Positions 15,966 through 25,718 of a stretch of 64,000 nucleotides of DNA are shown here, in pieces. The stretch covers positions 247,252 through 311,251 of the forward strand of contig CP129477.1 in assembly GCA_030583825.1 (NCBI GenBank). Reading direction: 5' to 3'. Origin of the DNA: Candidatus Dojkabacteria bacterium (GTDB lineage: Bacteria > Patescibacteriota > Dojkabacteria > GCA-002793355). Both the position numbers and the translations under genes were made by a program. The notes beneath the pieces are model-generated. The model saw nothing but the letters and a program-made list of their open reading frames with translations. It was not told where the DNA came from and searched no databases. How positions within the stretch are numbered: the first letter of the stretch is position 1; each line of letters starts with the position of its first letter.

Positions 15966-17003
15966 TTATTCATTAAGTTGTTTTTGTATTTCTTGCACAG
16001 TCAGGGTAACAGCTTCTGGCGTCCAGTGAGTATCGTCAGTATGATATAAAAGAATATTCTCTCTCTGCTTTGTGAACAGCTCTACGGTATTGATTGATTT
16101 TACACCTTTTTGCTTGAGCACGTTATCTAGCCTATGCAAAAGTGTCGGTTGGGCTGAGAATGGTACTAAGTCAAAGTATATTGTTTCTTTGTTTGGTGTG
16201 GGAAGAAAAATGAAATCTATACCTTTTGATTCAAGTAAGTCGCGATAACCAACAATAATATCAGCCTGCTCGTTTATGAGTTCATCTGTATAATCTATGC
16301 GAGTACGTGGCCCAGTAAAGAAAAACATATCCTCTTCAATTGGAGATTGTGTTAATTCCGTGGGTTGGCTCATAACAAATTTGTGTAACTTTTTCTGCGC
16401 AGCATCTTTTGCGAGCCTATCTCCATACGTTAATACTTCTGAGAGAATGGGATAATTAGCAAGTAATTGAATATACTGAGACTGTTTATTTTCCGAAAGG
16501 GGCTTTAATGTTTCGATATTTCGCTCGACGATAGAAAAAACAACAACTTTTGGCTTTTTAATTAGTCCGTTATTAAGAACCAAAAAGAATTGATTGAGGT
16601 CTCCGCTAGCAATTTGGTACGTCGTTTTTCCCGTAAGTTTTTGTAATTGAGGTGCAATTGTATCCTCTTGAGTAAGCCCCGTGCCTGCAATAAAAGAGTC
16701 ACCGGAAATGACGATATCAATATTTTCAGGAACTGACTCATTACGAAATCCATACTTATCTGTTTGCCACACAACAGGCTTTGGAACAGAATAATCCGTA
16801 TTATTGGCAAGATCACCCCTTTCAATCATTTCTACGCGTTGATTTGGATAAAAGTACCCAATACTGGTTCTACTCTTAAATCTTGCAAGACTTTCCCATG
16901 TACGAAACGACCAAAAGTTAATGGGTAAAACGAGATTGAGAAAAACTGGCGCGAAAATAACCGGAATGAGGAAGATTATTACTTTTATCAGAAATTGCTT
17001 CAT
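15966..17003 (-). CDS. SGNH/GDSL-like hydrolase with an N-terminal TM anchor. A DltD/AlgJ/AlgX-like partner of the MBOAT protein.
   Basis: A GDS block (VISGDSFIAGTG). It is immediately downstream of the MBOAT gene, with a 3-nt gap. Confidence 0.45.
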   Translation of the reverse strand: MKQFLIKVIIFLIPVIFAPVFLNLVLPINFWSFRTWESLARFKSRTSIGYFYPNQRVEMIERGDLANNTDYSVPKPVVWQTDKYGFRNESVPENIDIVISGDSFIAGTGLTQEDTIAPQLQKLTGKTTYQIASGDLNQFFLVLNNGLIKKPKVVVFSIVERNIETLKPLSENKQSQYIQLLANYPILSEVLTYGDRLAKDAAQKKLHKFVMSQPTELTQSPIEEDMFFFTGPRTRIDYTDELINEQADIIVGYRDLLESKGIDFIFLPTPNKETIYFDLVPFSAQPTLLHRLDNVLKQKGVKSINTVELFTKQRENILLYHTDDTHWTPEAVTLTVQEIQKQLNE

Positions 17004-17006
17004 ACG

Positions 17007-18455
17007 CTAAAACTGAAAATATATAAATTGCTGAGCATTTCCCCAGAAAACAAAAATTAGTAAAAGAAGGAAATAATAAAATCCTATGCGGACAACTTTT
17101 GGCATTCGAAGCGGCAATTTCTCGATAGCATATTCCTGTTCACGGCCGATCCACTCAATAATAAAGAAGAATATTGTCACAATAAAGAGACTAACGGGCA
17201 ATATCTGCGGAATACTAAAGAAATTCGGGCGAAATATTCCTTGAATATATTCAAATGCTTTCGTAATACTTTCTGCTCTAAAAAATATCCATGCAAACAA
17301 TGTCAAAAGAAATGTTACTGTCATGTTGAGAACTTCTTTAGTCGAAGGGAACAATTTTCCTTGCGCAACAATTTCGGGATCTTCTTTGGTCTTCTTGAAG
17401 ATAATGAGTGGCACAATATATATTGCATTGAGCAATCCCCACACAACAAACGTCCAATTTGCGCCGTGCCACAATCCACTGAGCAAAAATACAATAAAAA
17501 TATTTATAACCTGCTTAGGGAGTGACACTCTATTTCCTCCAAGCGGAATATATACATAGTCCCGAAACCAGGAAGACAAAGAAATATGCCACCGGTTCCA
17601 AAACTCTGAGATATTTCGTGAGAAATATGGAAACGCAAAGTTTCGTCTCAGTTCAAAGCCAAAGAGCCTAGCGACACCGAGAGCAATATCTGTATACCCT
17701 GAAAAATCCCCATAAATCTGAAATGCAAATAAGAGCACTCCCAACATAAGCGTACTTCCGGAATAACCTGCGACATCGGCAAAAATCATATTTACGTATA
17801 TAGCGGCAGTATCGGCAATAACTACTTTCTTAAAAAGTCCCCACAAAATCTGACGCAGCCCATTTACTGCCTGTGAATATTCAAATACCCTTTTAGCCTG
17901 AAACTGTGGAAGCAAAGAGACAGCTCTTTCTATCGGGCCCGCCACAAGCTGTGGAAAGAAACTAATAAAAGCAGCAAATGATATCAAGTCTTTAGAAGGG
18001 CTCAGCTTCTTTTTATAAATATCAATCGTATAGCTCAAAGATTGGAAGGTGTAAAAGCTAATACCCACCGGAAGAATAATGTTAAGCGTTCGCGCTTCAA
18101 GCGGGTATCCCAAAAAAGTAAAAGCTGTGACAAAACTATCTATAAAGAAGTTAAAGTATTTAAAGAATCCCAGCAGAGAGAGATTTACTATGACCGACGC
18201 AGCAAGGAATAGCTTTCTTCTCGTAGGATCTTCCTGCTTATCAATGATATTGCCGATGAGATAATCCCATAAGGTGCTAAATCCGATCAGAAAAAGAAAT
18301 TTCCAGTCCCACCAGCCATAGAAAATATAACTGACGACAATCAGAAATACATTCTGCAATCTGAGGTTTCTTTGCATTACAAACCAATATAGGACAAAGA
18401 CAATGGGCAGAAAAATTGCAAACTCTACGGAATTAAACAACATAGTTTCTCGCAA
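17007..18455 (-). CDS. MBOAT-family membrane-bound O-acyltransferase (DltB/AlgI-like)
   Basis: A 482-aa multi-TM protein with the conserved His region (LSGLWHGANWTF) typical of AlgI/DltB. Confidence 0.8.
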   Translation of the reverse strand: MRETMLFNSVEFAIFLPIVFVLYWFVMQRNLRLQNVFLIVVSYIFYGWWDWKFLFLIGFSTLWDYLIGNIIDKQEDPTRRKLFLAASVIVNLSLLGFFKYFNFFIDSFVTAFTFLGYPLEARTLNIILPVGISFYTFQSLSYTIDIYKKKLSPSKDLISFAAFISFFPQLVAGPIERAVSLLPQFQAKRVFEYSQAVNGLRQILWGLFKKVVIADTAAIYVNMIFADVAGYSGSTLMLGVLLFAFQIYGDFSGYTDIALGVARLFGFELRRNFAFPYFSRNISEFWNRWHISLSSWFRDYVYIPLGGNRVSLPKQVINIFIVFLLSGLWHGANWTFVVWGLLNAIYIVPLIIFKKTKEDPEIVAQGKLFPSTKEVLNMTVTFLLTLFAWIFFRAESITKAFEYIQGIFRPNFFSIPQILPVSLFIVTIFFFIIEWIGREQEYAIEKLPLRMPKVVRIGFYYFLLLLIFVFWGNAQQFIYFQF

Positions 18456-18647
18456 GCAGACTCAAATAAACTCCTTGTCACGAGGGTGATAATATGACAA
18501 TACAAATGACAAGAACTCTTCTTTATGATGACCTTATAATAAGTCCCATAAGATACGGATAGTTATATCAGAAAGTTTATATGTGAACAAATACCCTGTG
18601 AGAACACAAAAGGAAGGGAGCTAAGTTTGCTCAGGTAAAAAGCCTAG

Positions 18648-18983
18648 TTAAATGTCTTCGCGGGCAGCTTTTATCATTTTGTTAAGTCTTTTTGAGTCAA
18701 TTACTTCATCATAAAGGTTAATTCCTCTTTTATCTGCTGCATTAAGAAGGGTTAACAATAGCTTAATTGACGCAAATTTCAAGCGTTTTACAGTTATGAA
18801 GTATCGAATAAGTTCTAGTCTAAATACATCTTTTCTTGAGAATAGCCTGCGTCCGGTTTTACTTCTTCTCGTTTCGATGAGTCCGACATTTTCGTAGTTA
18901 ATAAGCGTTTTTGGCTTGATATTGAGGAATTCTGCAACAAGCCCCGTAGGGTACCTTGCGCGATCGTCTAAATCTGTTTTCAT
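18648..18983 (-). CDS. MerR-family transcriptional regulator
   Basis: An N-terminal MerR HTH (YPTGLVAEFLNIKPKTLINYENVGLI...GRRLFSRKDVFRL). Confidence 0.7.
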   Translation of the reverse strand: MKTDLDDRARYPTGLVAEFLNIKPKTLINYENVGLIETRRSKTGRRLFSRKDVFRLELIRYFITVKRLKFASIKLLLTLLNAADKRGINLYDEVIDSKRLNKMIKAAREDI

Positions 18984-19146
18984 TTTGACTTATATATCAT
19001 GTAATTACCATATTATATCACAATTCAAAGACATGAAGTATTGACAAAACATGATTAGATGTATTATATTTGTAATACACTATATAAATTAATAGAAGAA
19101 AGATTATGAAAGATCGGCGTAAGTATCTAAGTTAAGACGCCTCATT

Positions 19147-19395
19147 ATGACATTATTTACTTCTCTTATTGTTGGATTTATTGCTGGGTGGCTAGCAGGC
19201 TTGATTTACAAAGGATCAGGCTTCGGACTAATAGGAAATATCCTTCTTGGACTTGTAGGATCTCTTATCGGAGGGTTCCTTGCAGGAATAGTTGGAATTG
19301 ACTCAGCAAACACAATAGGAACTATTCTCATTTCAACTGTTGGTGCTTTAGTTCTCCTAGGAATAGGAAACTTAGTAAATCCAGCAAGACAATAA
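19147..19395 (+). CDS. GlsB/YeaQ/YmgE-family stress-response membrane protein
   Basis: An 82-aa protein with a Gly-rich transglycosylase-associated pattern (GWLAGLI...GLVGSLIGGFLAG). Confidence 0.75.
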   Translation: MTLFTSLIVGFIAGWLAGLIYKGSGFGLIGNILLGLVGSLIGGFLAGIVGIDSANTIGTILISTVGALVLLGIGNLVNPARQ

Positions 19396-19460
19396 AATAC
19401 CCATGTAATGCGCTGTTAGAATCGAATTCGTACATCAAATAATTTATAACCCTTTTTACA

Positions 19461-19706
19461 ATGACGAACGAACTTATTAAAAAATTACAGGAATCTATAG
19501 ATAATTCCCAAAAGTGGCTAGATGATAGAAAGAAAGACATGAAAAATGCCGCTGAGAATAATACCAAAAAGGTTGAAGAAAAACTCGATGAGATGAAAAA
19601 ACTCATGGAGGAACTCAAAAAAAGCGGCGAAAATAACGCCGAAGGCTTTAGAGACAAAGTTGCAAACGCAATTGAAAATGTCTCGAAAAGTATAAGAGGC
19701 GAATAA
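19461..19706 (+). CDS. Small charged coiled-coil protein, possibly stress-associated
   Basis: An 81-aa Lys/Glu-rich helical ORF followed by an intrinsic terminator. Confidence 0.45.
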   Translation: MTNELIKKLQESIDNSQKWLDDRKKDMKNAAENNTKKVEEKLDEMKKLMEELKKSGENNAEGFRDKVANAIENVSKSIRGE

Positions 19707-19724
19707 CAGCCTTGTGTTAGTTTG

Positions 19725-19760
19725 GGAGGAGGTGTTGAAAAACGCCTCCTTCTTTTTTAT
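19725..19760 (+). terminator. Rho-independent terminator
   Basis: GGAGGAGG...CCTCCTTC stem followed by TTTTTT. Confidence 0.55.
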
Positions 19761-19793
19761 TCTTTGGTCGGGATTAATATGCTGCCCCCTAGT

Positions 19794-20330
19794 CTACGCA
19801 TCCGTTAGAGTACACTGCGTTCTATCAAAACAACATGGTCTTCTCTTGCCTTTTATCAGCATATCGCTCATTGTATGAATACGTCGCGCTCGAGTTTCAG
19901 GATTTTTCGTTGCGCCAATCCAGCGAATCCAATCCCACCGTGCCATTGGCGTAATATCTTTCCAAATTGTATTTACGTCAGCTTTTGCATCAAGCATTTT
20001 CGTTAAATCAACAGGAACTCTGGGCTCGGGCCATTCTTTTGAAGGCTCAATTTCCATAGAAACCGTGTCATCTGCACCTGCTTTTGCCCCATCGAGAATA
20101 CTCTTTTTTACCTGGAACCAGTGACTTCCACTGCTATCAGGTTCGACAACCGCATCAAACGCAAAGCCATTCATTGTGCCTTTTATCATGGTCATACCTC
20201 TCGAAGGTAGCTTTTCACTCGCACTCTTAGGTAAAACAAGAACTGTGGCAGAAATCGGTGCCGAGAGTGTGTTGATTTTCACGTTCTTATCGAGAGTTAA
20301 AAGTTTTGCTGTAAATTTGATTGCGGACAT
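19794..20330 (-). CDS. DUF1905/YdeI (OmpD-associated) family protein
   Basis: A 178-aa protein. The C-terminal motif (ARWDWIRWIGATKNPETRARRI) is typical of the YdeI family. Confidence 0.55.
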   Translation of the reverse strand: MSAIKFTAKLLTLDKNVKINTLSAPISATVLVLPKSASEKLPSRGMTMIKGTMNGFAFDAVVEPDSSGSHWFQVKKSILDGAKAGADDTVSMEIEPSKEWPEPRVPVDLTKMLDAKADVNTIWKDITPMARWDWIRWIGATKNPETRARRIHTMSDMLIKGKRRPCCFDRTQCTLTDA

Positions 20331-20479
20331 ATTCCTTGTACTAAGATTATCCTATACATTATTGTATCAAATTAACACAGTATGAGCTCGCCAAAATCGG
20401 AAAAATACTGTACAATCGTACTCATTTTGACTCCCCGTTCTTCACATATTATCCCTTACATAAATTAGTTGAGATTGTC

Positions 20480-22723
20480 ATGGCAGCAGATTTTATTGAA
20501 ATTGTTGGCGCACGCGAAAACAACCTTAGAAATGTAAACCTGAGTATTCCAAAGCGTAAGATTTCTATTTTTACAGGCGTTTCAGGCTCGGGAAAGTCAT
20601 CTATTGTGTTTGATACGATTGCTCAAGAAGCAGGAAGGCAGCTTAATGAAACATTCAGCAATATGGCACGATTATTTCTTCCGCGTTACAGTCAGCCCGA
20701 AGCAGATTCAATAGAAAACCTTTCTATGGTCATTTCTGTTGACCAAAAACGGCTTGGTGGAAATGCGCGCTCAACGCTGGGAACAATTTCAGACATCAAC
20801 TCATTGCTGAGACTGCTCTTTTCGCGATTTGCAGATCCTCATATTGGCTATGCAAACAGCTATTCTTTTAATGATCCTGCGGGAATGTGTATGGAGTGTC
20901 AGGGAATTGGAAAAATTATCACGCTCGACATAAACGCTGCTGTTGACCAGGAAAAATCTTTAAACGAAGGAGCAATTTTACTTCCAGGATATAAAATTGG
21001 CGGCTGGCCATGGAAAATGATCATTGGAACAGAATTTTTTGACGCAGACAAGAAAATTAAAGACTACTCTGAAGAAGAGCTTCACAAATTGATGTATGCA
21101 AAAGCTGAAAAGATTAAAACAAAGGCTTTGGATTTCAACATGACCTACGAAGGACTTGTTGAGCGTTTCATGCGTTCAAATCTGCGCGCAGAAAAAGATA
21201 CTGACAAAGAGAAAATGGAGAAATATACAATCATGGGGACATGTCCTGTATGTAAAGGAAAACGCTTAAATGAGACCACTCTTAACTCAAAGCTCAATGG
21301 CTATAGCATTCATGACCTTACCGAATTCCAGATTAACGAGTTAATTGCCATTTTGAAAGGTTTTAATGACGAAACTGCGCAGCCAATTGTGAACAGCATT
21401 ATCCAGCGATTACAAAATCTCGTAGATATTGGTTTGGAATATCTTTCTCTCAACAGAGAAACTTCAACGCTTTCGGGTGGAGAATCACAGCGAGTAAAAA
21501 TGGTAAAACATCTTTCCAGTAGCTTGTCAGACGTTTGCTATATTTTCGATGAGCCAAGTATCGGTCTTCACTCTCGCGATATTCACCGTTTAAACGAGCT
21601 TCTCGAAAAGTTGAGAGATAAAGGAAACACAGTCATTGTTGTTGAGCACGATCCAAACGTGATGAGAATCGCCGACGCAGTTTTCGATATCGGGCCAAAA
21701 GCAGGAACTCACGGAGGAGAAGTTGTATATTCAGGAACATTCGCAGGATTGAAGCAGGCAGAAACGCTGACAGGTCAGTGCCTGAGAGAAAAGTTTGCAC
21801 TAAAAAGTGATCCCCGCAAGAGTGATGAGTTTTTTGAAACAGAAAAAAGCTCCCTTCACAATTTAAAGAACGTCAGCTTGCGCATTCCAAAAGGAGTTTT
21901 TACTGTTGTCACAGGAGTCGCAGGTTCGGGAAAAAGTACTCTGGTAAACCATGTATTTGCAACACAGTTTCCGGACGTTATTCGTGTTGATCAAAGTGCT
22001 GTAAATGCAAACATCCGTTCAAATCCTGCAACATATGCGGGAATCATGGATGATATTCGAAAAGCATTTGCTTCAGAAAATAGCGTCAGCGCAGGACTTT
22101 TCAGCTACAACTCCGAAGGAGCCTGTGAAAAATGTAAAGGCATTGGCACAGTGGAAATTAACCTTTCGTTTATGGATAAGGCAGAAGTAACTTGCGATGT
22201 CTGCGGTGGAAAGCGATACAAGCAGGAAGTATTACACCATTTATACCGTGAGAAAAACATTATCGAGGTCATGGACATGACAATCGCAGACGCAGCAGAA
22301 TTCTTCGAGCAGAAGGAAATTGTCAGCAAGTTGCGAGACATGGTAGATGTTGGACTTCACTATATGACGTTAGGTCAGCCATTAAATACCCTTTCCGGTG
22401 GAGAATGTCAGCGATTAAAACTTGCAAAAGAGCTTCGCAAAAAGGGAAATATTTATATTCTCGACGAGCCAACAACAGGACTTCACATGTCTGACATTAA
22501 AAACATTCTTACAATTATTACCAAGCTTGTGGAATCTGGAAACACTGTTGTAACCATTGAACACAACATGGACATTATCAAAAATGCAGATTGGATCATT
22601 GATCTCGGCCCAGAGGGTGGTAATAAAGGTGGAGAAATCCTTTTTGAAGGCACTCCAACAGACTTGTTGAAAAATGAAAGATCTCTCACCGCAGAAGAAT
22701 TGAGAGAAAGTTTGGAAGGATAA
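20480..22723 (+). CDS. UvrA paralog (class II UvrA-like ABC ATPase that appears to lack the UvrB-binding domain)
   Basis: Two ABC ATPase modules with Walker A motifs (GVSGSGKSS, GVAGSGKST), UvrA zinc fingers (CMECQGIGK, CPVCKGKRL, CEKCKGIG, CDVCGGKRY) and two LSGGE signatures. Only 747 aa. Confidence 0.8.
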   Translation: MAADFIEIVGARENNLRNVNLSIPKRKISIFTGVSGSGKSSIVFDTIAQEAGRQLNETFSNMARLFLPRYSQPEADSIENLSMVISVDQKRLGGNARSTLGTISDINSLLRLLFSRFADPHIGYANSYSFNDPAGMCMECQGIGKIITLDINAAVDQEKSLNEGAILLPGYKIGGWPWKMIIGTEFFDADKKIKDYSEEELHKLMYAKAEKIKTKALDFNMTYEGLVERFMRSNLRAEKDTDKEKMEKYTIMGTCPVCKGKRLNETTLNSKLNGYSIHDLTEFQINELIAILKGFNDETAQPIVNSIIQRLQNLVDIGLEYLSLNRETSTLSGGESQRVKMVKHLSSSLSDVCYIFDEPSIGLHSRDIHRLNELLEKLRDKGNTVIVVEHDPNVMRIADAVFDIGPKAGTHGGEVVYSGTFAGLKQAETLTGQCLREKFALKSDPRKSDEFFETEKSSLHNLKNVSLRIPKGVFTVVTGVAGSGKSTLVNHVFATQFPDVIRVDQSAVNANIRSNPATYAGIMDDIRKAFASENSVSAGLFSYNSEGACEKCKGIGTVEINLSFMDKAEVTCDVCGGKRYKQEVLHHLYREKNIIEVMDMTIADAAEFFEQKEIVSKLRDMVDVGLHYMTLGQPLNTLSGGECQRLKLAKELRKKGNIYILDEPTTGLHMSDIKNILTIITKLVESGNTVVTIEHNMDIIKNADWIIDLGPEGGNKGGEILFEGTPTDLLKNERSLTAEELRESLEG

Positions 22724-22729
22724 TTCACA

Positions 22730-23371
22730 ATGACTTACACCATCACAGAAATTGTCCAGGCGAAGAAGAACTCAGAAAGGGTAAATATTTACTTAAATAA
22801 TGTATTTTGGATAGGTTTGAGTAAAAACGCTCTTCTCGAACTGCAGATTATTAAAGGTAAAGTTTTGTCCGATCTCGAAAAGGCAGAAATAGAAAGAACC
22901 TCACTAAACCAAAAGCTGATAGATAGGGCTCTTCGTTACCTGCAAATACGACCTCGTTCTATCGCAGAAATACGAGATTATCTTGTACTGAAAAAAGAAG
23001 TTCCGGAAGAAGATGCAGAAAATGTCATTACGTACTTACAGGAAAATGATCTTCTCTCGGATGAAAAGTTCGCACAGTGGTATGCTGAATACAAATTGCG
23101 ATCCGGCATTAACGGCGTAAATAAAATAACGGCTGAACTTCTAAAAAAGAGAGTTGACCGAAAAATTATTGCGAAAGTCATTGAAAAGCTCTCTGCAAAT
23201 AAAGAATTCCAGTCTGAGCAAAGAGAAAAAATCGAAAACTATGCAAAGCGAGTACTTCCTGGAATAAAGGCAAAAGACGCATATGAGCTCAAAGCAAAAC
23301 TGACGCAAAAATTGCTCGCAAGAGGATTCAAATATGATGAAATTAAAAAGATATTGCCGCAAATAGTATAA
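22730..23371 (+). CDS. recX: RecX-family regulatory protein
   Basis: Three RecX helical repeats (RALRYLQIRPRSIAEIRDYL...EKFAQWYAEYKLRSGINGVNKITAELLKKRV...). It lies 6 nt downstream of the uvrA-like gene. Confidence 0.65.
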   Translation: MTYTITEIVQAKKNSERVNIYLNNVFWIGLSKNALLELQIIKGKVLSDLEKAEIERTSLNQKLIDRALRYLQIRPRSIAEIRDYLVLKKEVPEEDAENVITYLQENDLLSDEKFAQWYAEYKLRSGINGVNKITAELLKKRVDRKIIAKVIEKLSANKEFQSEQREKIENYAKRVLPGIKAKDAYELKAKLTQKLLARGFKYDEIKKILPQIV

Positions 23372-23379
23372 TCACCAGC

Positions 23380-23769
23380 ATGATTACAGATAAAGATAGT
23401 ATCACAAAGTTACAATTTCGTTCTCACCTTCCACGATTTTATAAAGAGCATACATACCTTTTTGCCGTATTTGAACCACATGAGCAGAATTTATCAGCAA
23501 CAGATACTTGCAATATTCTGGCAAAAGAATATATGAATCTTGTTCTCGCAGAAAGAAGTAATGACATCAAATCTTTGGTATACCTCAGGTTTCGAGAGCT
23601 TGAATCTGAAGATAATGATTTTAAAAATGTTGAGCTTGCATTCAAACTAGAAAATGGAAAATTTCTCTGCGGGAAAGTAAAAATCTTCAAAAATACTTTC
23701 TGCTATTTTGAAGATAAGTCTTTATGGATGGATCTCCCGTCTCTTGATCTGAGTAATTTCGCTACGTAA
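23380..23769 (+). CDS. Hypothetical protein (129 aa)
   Basis: ORF with typical composition and no recognisable motif. Convergent with the LUD gene, with a hairpin between them. Confidence 0.4.
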   Translation: MITDKDSITKLQFRSHLPRFYKEHTYLFAVFEPHEQNLSATDTCNILAKEYMNLVLAERSNDIKSLVYLRFRELESEDNDFKNVELAFKLENGKFLCGKVKIFKNTFCYFEDKSLWMDLPSLDLSNFAT

Positions 23770-23832
23770 ATTCAAAACAAAAAGGAGAGATACTGGCGTA
23801 TCCCTCCTTCCGTAAGAAACTTCAGAAATCTT

Positions 23833-24453
23833 TTAGAATCCGAGCTTTTCTTTTACAATAATAACTGTAATTTTTCGTCCCATAAATGGATTCTCCTTAT
23901 GGAGAATTAATGTTTTTGCATGAGTTGTTCCCATTCCATAAACACCCTTCATCCGCTCATCTTCCAAAGGAATGACATGCTCTTCCAATCGCTTAAATGC
24001 CTCTGTAATATTTGCAGTAATTTTCTGTGCTCCTGCGACAATAATCACATTTGGCGAAGTAAATGCAAGATGAGGAAGCTGGCTTCCAGTGTTTGACGCA
24101 ATCATAATTTCACCATTCTCTGTAATAGAGTGCGCACTGCCTGTGTAAAAATCAGACACAACTGACTGACGACGAAGTAACGCCTGTTTTGCCTGATCCT
24201 GTTCTCCTAAAATAGCTTCATGAAGGTTATTCCATTTGTGACCGCCACCCTTTAAATACTCGATAAATCCGATTTCTTCGAGAGTAACTGATGCGCCATT
24301 CATGATAGAAACATCGTCTGGAATAAGCTCGATCATTTTTGACAATGCTTCTGCTTTGTTTTCCACGACAATTGGGTGAAATCCGTTCTCCTTTAATGCT
24401 GCAACTGTTTTATCAATTGAAGATTGAGGCGCTACGGCTGTATATTTGTCCAT
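23833..24453 (-). CDS. LUD-domain (LutC/YkgG-like) protein
   Basis: A 206-aa LUD/DUF162 pattern (ASVTLEEIGFIEYLKGGGH...VIIVAGAQKIT). Confidence 0.6.
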   Translation of the reverse strand: MDKYTAVAPQSSIDKTVAALKENGFHPIVVENKAEALSKMIELIPDDVSIMNGASVTLEEIGFIEYLKGGGHKWNNLHEAILGEQDQAKQALLRRQSVVSDFYTGSAHSITENGEIMIASNTGSQLPHLAFTSPNVIIVAGAQKITANITEAFKRLEEHVIPLEDERMKGVYGMGTTHAKTLILHKENPFMGRKITVIIVKEKLGF

Positions 24454-24515
24454 GATAAAATACTATAAATTATATTGAGGAAGAAAAGGTCTCTGGCTTT
24501 CAGAATAGAGAGATT

Positions 24516-24878
24516 TTGCCCTTCCACTACAAGAACTATAGTACTATAATAGTTATAGCAATGTCAAACACACTGGAAAATAAAAAACATTTATCTGAAG
24601 AGCTAAATAACGCTGCAAGGACAATTGCAGACGAGCATACAATCTGCATTATTGGTACATTACGTGATCATGGACTTCGCTTTAACGAATTGCAGCGTGC
24701 ATTAAACGATATCAATCCAACAACTCTTGCCGACAGACTAAAGAAACTCGAAGACAAAGGAATCGTAAAGCGCGAAGAAGTTGGCAAATTATCTGTTGTT
24801 TATTCACTCACTGAAAAAGGCGAGGCAATTCTGCCTATTATTAAAGAATTGGAAAAGTTTGCACAAAAGTTTCTCTAA
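24516..24878 (+). CDS. HxlR-family winged-helix transcriptional regulator
   Basis: An HxlR pattern (GLRFNELQRALNDINPTTLADRLKKLEDKGIVKRE). Confidence 0.7.
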   Translation: MPFHYKNYSTIIVIAMSNTLENKKHLSEELNNAARTIADEHTICIIGTLRDHGLRFNELQRALNDINPTTLADRLKKLEDKGIVKREEVGKLSVVYSLTEKGEAILPIIKELEKFAQKFL

Positions 24879-24899
24879 TCAAGCCACCATATTTAACAC

Positions 24900-25691
24900 T
24901 TACGTTGAAAGAAATCCTCCATCAACGGGAATAATTGCTCCTTGCACATAGCTTGCTAAATCGCTTGCGAGGAAAAGAGTTACTTTTGCGACATCATCAC
25001 CGTTTCCCCATTTGCCATTTGCAATTCTCTTTTGAAAATCCAAGCCGGTTGAAATAAGCTTCCAATTGAGAGAAAGGAGAGTTTTAATTTTCTTTTTATC
25101 AATGCCTTCTGTAACAATACCACCAGGAGTCAAAACGTTCGCGCGGAAACCTTTTGCTCCATATTCACGTGCAATACCTCGTGTAATTGCGATAACTCCA
25201 GCTTTGCTCGCACCGTATGGAATTAAATCTTTTGTAGATGGCAAAATTGCTTCAATAGACGATGTGTTTACAATAACTCCGCCTCGTTTATCTCTTCGTG
25301 CAATAAATTGCTGGCACATCCAAAACACTGAATCCATATTTACCTGAATGACATTGTTATAGAATTCTTCGTCAATCTCTTTGAACTCCTTCATAGGGTA
25401 GATTCCAGCATTATTTACCAGAACATCGGGAAGCTCTTCATCAGGAATACCCGCCCATAAAGCTTCAATGTCAGGTTTTTGAGAAAGATCCGCTTTGTAC
25501 GAAGAGATTCCACTTGCGCCGACAAATACTTCTGAAAGATCTTCCTCTGGAACAGAGCGATTAACAAGCATTAAATGCGCTCTGGCTTCTGCAAATCGAA
25601 GCGCTGTTGACTTACCAATACCAGAAGATGTACCGGTTATCATGACACGTTTTCCTTCAAAGGAAAGCATTTGTTGTAAAGGCAGTTTCAT
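24900..25691 (-). CDS. SDR-family short-chain dehydrogenase/reductase
   Basis: TGxxxGIG cofactor motif (ITGTSSGIGKS) and a YxxxK active-site region. Confidence 0.8.
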   Translation of the reverse strand: MKLPLQQMLSFEGKRVMITGTSSGIGKSTALRFAEARAHLMLVNRSVPEEDLSEVFVGASGISSYKADLSQKPDIEALWAGIPDEELPDVLVNNAGIYPMKEFKEIDEEFYNNVIQVNMDSVFWMCQQFIARRDKRGGVIVNTSSIEAILPSTKDLIPYGASKAGVIAITRGIAREYGAKGFRANVLTPGGIVTEGIDKKKIKTLLSLNWKLISTGLDFQKRIANGKWGNGDDVAKVTLFLASDLASYVQGAIIPVDGGFLST

Positions 25692-25718
25692 ACATCATTT
25701 AACTTCAAAGTTTATTTC

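Noticed and set aside
19328-19657. 109-aa minus-strand ORF
   Set aside because: Low-complexity Ser/Phe-rich product antisense to the Lys/Glu-rich plus-strand gene. A composition artefact.
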